From: Albugo candida
Lineage: Eukaryota
Direction of reading: 5' to 3'
Length of the DNA: 64,000 bases
Assembly: GCA_040437565.1 (NCBI GenBank)
Contig: JBDOQK010000009.1
Coordinates: 186,001-250,000 of the forward strand
Translations under genes and position numbers: made by a program
Shown here: positions 58,801-64,000 of the stretch, one piece after another
Layout: every line of letters starts with the position of its first letter
Numbering within the stretch: the stretch's first letter is position 1
The notes under the pieces: generated by a model
The model's input: only the letters and a program-made list of their open reading frames with translations
Told to the model about the DNA's origin: nothing
Database searches by the model: none

Positions 58801-61739
58801 TCCTCTCATTCCACTACGACGAATTCCAAGACAGAATCGAGTGTTGATACGATTATGTCTTCTCCCTCTGCTCAGAAACGTACGAATTCAATGTCGCAAT
58901 TCAAATACAATGAAAGGATTATTCTGATTATTCGGAAGCTTTTGAACCATGGAGCAAGTCTTGATCAGGTCGATTTGTATGGGAATACGATACTGATGCT
59001 ACTAGCCGATAAAGGATGTTTGGGTGGAATTGATGTGGTCATGGAGGCTGATGGCGCATTTGCTCTAAACGCTCAGAATTGGGTCCATGGAATGTCGGCA
59101 TTGACACTGGCAGCCAAGCAAGGACAGTACGAAATCGTCGAAGCTCTTTTAGATTATGGAGCATTTGTCGATCTTCGGACACTCCATGGCGAATCTGCTT
59201 TACATTTTGCAGCCGCCAATGCGAATCGTTCTATCTGTGAGATTTTGATTGAAAAAGGGGCAACGGGAAATGCGCAAACAAACAAAGGTCTGACGCCACT
59301 GATGGTAGCCGTGTCAAAAGGACATTCGGTGAGTCTGTTTGAGCAGTTTTGCTTTCGTGATCGACGTTTATTGCTTCCCTCCCTCCAACGAAGAGGAACT
59401 GCTTCGGTACCATACACAGCTGTGATCACGAATGATGCAAGCTTTTTCGCCGACAACAATGTCGATGAATCCCAGCTTGTTGAGTCTAATGCACAGACGG
59501 ACGATTATCGAGTCATGGAGACGATCGAATATCTTTTGGAGCAACACGCCAACACGGAATTTGTCAATCGTCAGTACCGCACCACTTTGCATTATGCAGC
59601 GATATATGGAGATAAAAGCATCTACGAGTTTTTAGAAAGCCAATTTGAGAGACAACGTGATAGCAGCCAATTGTCCATGCCCTTGCATGATATTCCTGAC
59701 ATCAATGGCTACTCGGCTCTGTCTTTCTTGCACAAACGAGAGGAACACTTTGATCCTGAGACGGAGGATTTTTTGTACGAAGAAAGAGATGGTGAAAAAG
59801 AGCTGATTGCAGGTTCTTTGGAGTCGCTGGTACGAGCGATTTTCCAGTCAAGACACACGAATTGGGAAGATATTGCCACGATTGTCCGATTCTGCGACGA
59901 CTGCAGTCAATTTGAAGCGCTTCTTACTCTGTTACGAGCTCATTTGACGACAATTGAATCCATCAATTCGACCGATACGCCGACAAAAGAGGAAAACGGA
60001 GGGAAAATGACGCCTGTATTCTCACTTCGGATAGTGCTGAGTATCCTCGATATGATTATCCATTCCGTGCGACATCAACAAGTGATTGATTTGGAAGTCT
60101 GTGAAGCAGTGTGTCGCATGATGAGTCAGATTTTCGTCTTGATGGGTGAACAGGATCGACAGTGTATGCAGTGGCTAAAGTGTTATTCCATTCTGCCTTC
60201 ATTTTTGGATGCTTGTCGATCAGGTCGTCTGTACGACTTCCAGTGGCAGTTTCCATGTGAGCTTCAGTATGCAGAATTGATGGATTTGCTCAAGGAAGCG
60301 AAGAAACATGACCAAACGCTCCTGTTTATCGAGGAAGAAAAGGAAGATCCATGTGAGGAGTCCTACAAGCTCAGCGTCCAAGATGAGCTGCTGACGGGCG
60401 CGTTTCCAAAGTCAAACAGCTTACTGAAATCCTTGGACGCTTCTGATCCAAATATGCACAATATTCGGCGTCGACTTTGTATCGCTGGCGTTTGGACGGG
60501 TCCAGGAGAACAAATGACTCAGCAGTATACTTCCACCGACACTATCGAAAAGAAAATCCATTGTGACAATCACAAGACGAATTTTTTGGTCAAAGGACTG
60601 AGCAATGAGAGAGCGCGTCTTTGGTACTTCCTGCTTCAATGAACGATGTTTGTAAGCTAAAAGTTGATGTGTTTAGGATCCTGGAGCTCGATGCAATGAT
60701 ATTTGCTCAGCAAATCACTTTGCTACAGCATTGTCTTTTCAGCAGAATTAAAAGTAAGACCAATGGATCGATAGACATACGAACGCTGACATGATGTTCC
60801 ACAGTGTCTGAGTTTTTGGCAGGCAAAAGAGATGCGACTAAAACTCCGTTTTACGATCGGTTACGCAAACTTCATAATCATGTACGCCATTTCTTCCGTT
60901 TGAGGCTTTGGGACTGATTCAGCATCCCTTTAGATCACCACATGGATTGTGAGTCATATTCTGACGTATGAAGACGTCGATCAACGTGCTCAGTTGCTGG
61001 CTTACTATATAAAAGTTGCTGCAATTTGCTTGTCTCCAATACAGAATTTCGATGGCTTTATGGCGATAATGAACGCGACCAATGACACTTCTATCTTCCG
61101 CCTGCAAAAGACATGGGGGAGACTTCTTCCACAATCACGAGAACTCTGGCATGAATTGAAAAAACATACTGAAAATGCTGCCAGGTAAATGATACTCTGA
61201 AGCCACCCACAAGTGCTGACAATTGCATCCAGGACTCTGAATAAAGCATTACGGGAAGCTTCCCCTCCCACTGTGCCTTACATTGGTGTCGTCATTCAGA
61301 ATATCGTCGTCTCACAGGAATATCCCGATTTTGTCGAAGATAATTTGGTGAATTTGAAAAAGGTTTCTATCCACTCGATAATCCCTTTGGAGTTGGGCTG
61401 AGAATTTGATTGCGATAGAGTCGACAAAGAAAGGCGATCGTATCGACGCTATCAAAACTTCAGCAGGTGCCGTATTTGTTCCCAGTGGAGAAGCGTGTCA
61501 TTGTAAGTATATTCTTGTGAGGTCGGTGCATTCCTGTTTCAGCGTTCATTTCGTAGGAGCATTTATGCTCCAGCCCCAAATATGGAGATCAGGACTCGGC
61601 TTTTCAACGATCGCTGATACTGGAACCTCGCGTGACCAAGCGACAAGTCGAAGAAAAAAATCTCATCGCTCATGATACATCTCATAAGCCTTTTGATACC
61701 CAAACTTCGTTCATGCGCAGGAATGCGGCACACAAGTGA
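55816..61739 (+). CDS. Multidomain GEF: PH - VPS9 - PDZ-like - ankyrin repeats - REM - RasGEF(CDC25)
   Basis: PH (SGWLYKQ..KSWNRRYFVL), VPS9 (EPDELLPILTYVIV), PDZ-like (GHILVTVNGQNV), ankyrin repeats (GNSPLHVAV, GESALHFAA), REM (IAGSLESLV). Spliced 3' exons give FAQQITL, QNFDGFMAI..SIFRLQKTW, PTVPYIG, NLVNLKK and SLILEPR; stop at 61737-61739. Confidence 0.88.
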
Positions 61740-61935
61740 CCATTCATGGGAATCCAGGGACACCAATACCACCCAGTCGGGCGAGATCAGCCTGTTTGGA
61801 TGCTCAAAGTGCTTGGTGCAAACTTCTACAGGATTGAGAGTCCATCGACGGGAGATGAGAGGAGGATTGATAAAGATACTCTGGAGAGTCAAAAGATTTG
61901 TTAGAGTTGGCTTTTTTGGTAGAAAAACATCGTCA

Positions 61936-63471
61936 TTATGATCTTATTGCTTCGAAGACTTTGGTAGCTGCAATATTCGAGAATTGAGACAAGTAGAGCC
62001 ATGAAGAAAGTCAAGAAACTTACCGATGCCACAAATGTCTGCTGGAGCTTGTTGCTGATACCCTTGCTGCAAGTGCTTGATCGCATACTCGCGGATACGT
62101 GCATTGAGCGCAGCATCGTCTGGATCCTGTCCTCCCTTCTTGTCAGCAGCAATCGAAGCGGTACACTAAAATGTTTTCAGTGATGGATCAAATCCGAGAA
62201 TTCAGAGCGTACCACAAGGAGCCCATACAATGCTCGAGCATTATACTGTTTATTGATCTGCAGTGCGTGAGAATAATGCTTCCGAGCGTTCCGAAGATTC
62301 TTCATCCCGCCAATTGTGCAGTAGATCTACTCATCAGATACGCTAATTCCACTCAACCACAAAAACACCTCAGCTTACATCTGCCAATCGAACATGATAC
62401 GCCGAGTCTGCGGGATTCAACAGCAACAACTCTTCGTAGCAGAATCCAGCGTACGCATACGATCCCCTCGTCAGGTACGTTTCCGCCAATTCCAACCACT
62501 ATAAAAGTCCTCACCAAGCCATCAGTAGAGTCTCAATCAAAGTGTAAAGCGTACAGCTGTTTGATCCGTCTGATAGGTCTTTAAAAACGCATTCAAAGCC
62601 AAAATCACTTCTTGCGTCTTCTCCTGAGCCTTCAAAACAGCGATTTTGCGTTTGATAACCAGCTATCAAAAGAGATCGTCAGAAATAAAACATCATTCCG
62701 TATCGAGATACGCCACCGCGTTGGCTGGATTCTCTTGTAAGATTTTATCGTAAATGTCGAGCGCATTTTTGAATTCTCCTTTTACTTCTGCCGACATTCC
62801 GATGAGTCGCTTCACGCGCGCGCTCTGTGGGAATCGATCAATGAGCTTCTATTAAAATGTAAATTTTATGAGCGCAAACATTCTCAAAAGAGAATAGCGA
62901 ATGACGACTTTGAGACACAATTCTGCAGTTTCTATTTGGTGCGTGTCAATTGCAGCAAGAAATACGAGTTCGTAGATGGTCCACACTGAAAAATTGAGCG
63001 ATTATGACGTTTGATGCTTGCGAAGGAAAGAATTTGAAAGTACGTGTATCTCCGAGGCGANNNNNNNNNNNNNNNNNNNNNNNNNNNNNNNNNNNNNNNN
63101 NNNNNNNNNNNNNNNNNNNNNNNNNNNNNNNNNNNNNNNNNNNNNNNNNNNNNNNNNNNNGAATGACGACTTTGAGACACAATTCTGCAGTTTCTATTTG
63201 GTGCGTGTCAATTGCAGCAAGAAATACGAGTTCGTAGATGGTCCACACTGAAAAATTGAGCGATTATGACGTTTGATGCTTGCGAAGGAAAGAATTTGAA
63301 AGTACGTGTATCTCCGAGGCGATTAGCATGCTTTTCAATGAGCGTGGTGCCGTATTTTAATACAATGTGCGGTACTCTTTTATTTTCCTTGCGAATGAGC
63401 GTGAGAAGGTCTACGTATTGATGATATCCGCCGCCTTTTTCAGCGGCTTGGAGCTTTTCAAGGTACTCCAT
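61936..63471 (-). CDS. EMC2: ER membrane protein complex subunit 2 (TPR protein, TTC35); multi-exon
   Basis: WTIYELVFLAAID, RFPQSARVKRLIGM, IYDKILQENPAN, IKRKIAVLKAQ, IYCTIGG..NLRNARKHYSHAL, RALYGL. Last exon inferred (ATKVFEAIRS*). Confidence 0.9.
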
Positions 63472-63530
63472 GGAAGGTGTTTCGAGAGCCTATATGTTAT
63501 AATGTATAAGATATACGCTCGATTCAATTA

Positions 63531-64000
63531 TCACAGGAAATTAGTTGATTTGACGATACGTTGCTCGTGCGGTAAGGAAAGGCGTTCTGGATAGAATGTA
63601 TGTCCTTCGGGATATTCGGCTAAATTTTCCAAACGCGCGGCGTAGATGTCAACGTATCGCTGAACAAAGAACGCGAATTGAGAGGGATAACTCTCCGCTC
63701 GAAACACAGAGCCGAACGTTGGATGAATCAAGTCTTCCAATTGATGTTGAATTTCTGGATGGCATTCTACCAACGTCGACACAAATCGACGCGACTACAG
63801 AAATGAACACATGCTCATTCAAATTGTAATTACGCAAATAACGGCGTACCTCTTCGTTATCATCTGCGTGGCGCTCATAATGTATCTTCCGCAACATTTC
63901 TTCAATCGCGCTGATCTAAACCAAATTTCGCATTATTCGTCTCCAATACGCCATGAATGTCTACCTGAAACGCTAAAAACTGATAGCTGGGTGTTCTTTG
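63531..64000 (-). CDS. HAD-superfamily cytosolic 5'-nucleotidase (cN-II/NT5DC family), 3' end only
   Basis: HPTFGSVFR...FVQRYVDIY..LENL..Y..TFYPERLSLPHE matches the family C-terminal signature; the gene runs off the window. Confidence 0.85.

Noticed and set aside
58503-58882. Internal repeat in the ankyrin region of the GEF
   Set aside because: Identical sequence on both sides of the 58643-58742 gap; overlap artefact.

Overview
Eukaryotic, intron-containing scaffold with short GT-AG introns and many 100-N gaps. Gene content and the copia gag type point to an oomycete, probably an Albugo-like white rust (inference, not a database result). The left ~34 kb is a gene-sparse accessory region built from repeated copies of one block: [787-aa unknown gene - SSX2IP/ADIP-like gene - secreted GH131-like glucanase - convergent unknown gene 'Y']. 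The copies lie in both orientations. The GH131 copies mostly stayed open (3 complete, 1 gap-truncated, 1 pseudogene), while the co-duplicated neighbours decayed. A dead Ty1/copia element sits near an inversion junction. The right ~30 kb is gene-dense: intact SSX2IP-like and 787-aa genes, a GPI-anchored Frizzled/Mid1-like Cys-rich protein, KATNIP, an Arb2/FAM172A-FYVE-AGC kinase fusion, TOP3B, a PH-VPS9-PDZ-ankyrin-RasGEF fusion, EMC2 and the 3' end of an NT5DC/cN-II nucleotidase. Most N gaps are flanked by duplicated contig ends (assembly artefacts), some carrying haplotype differences. All family assignments come from motif recognition by eye, and pseudogene boundaries are approximate.
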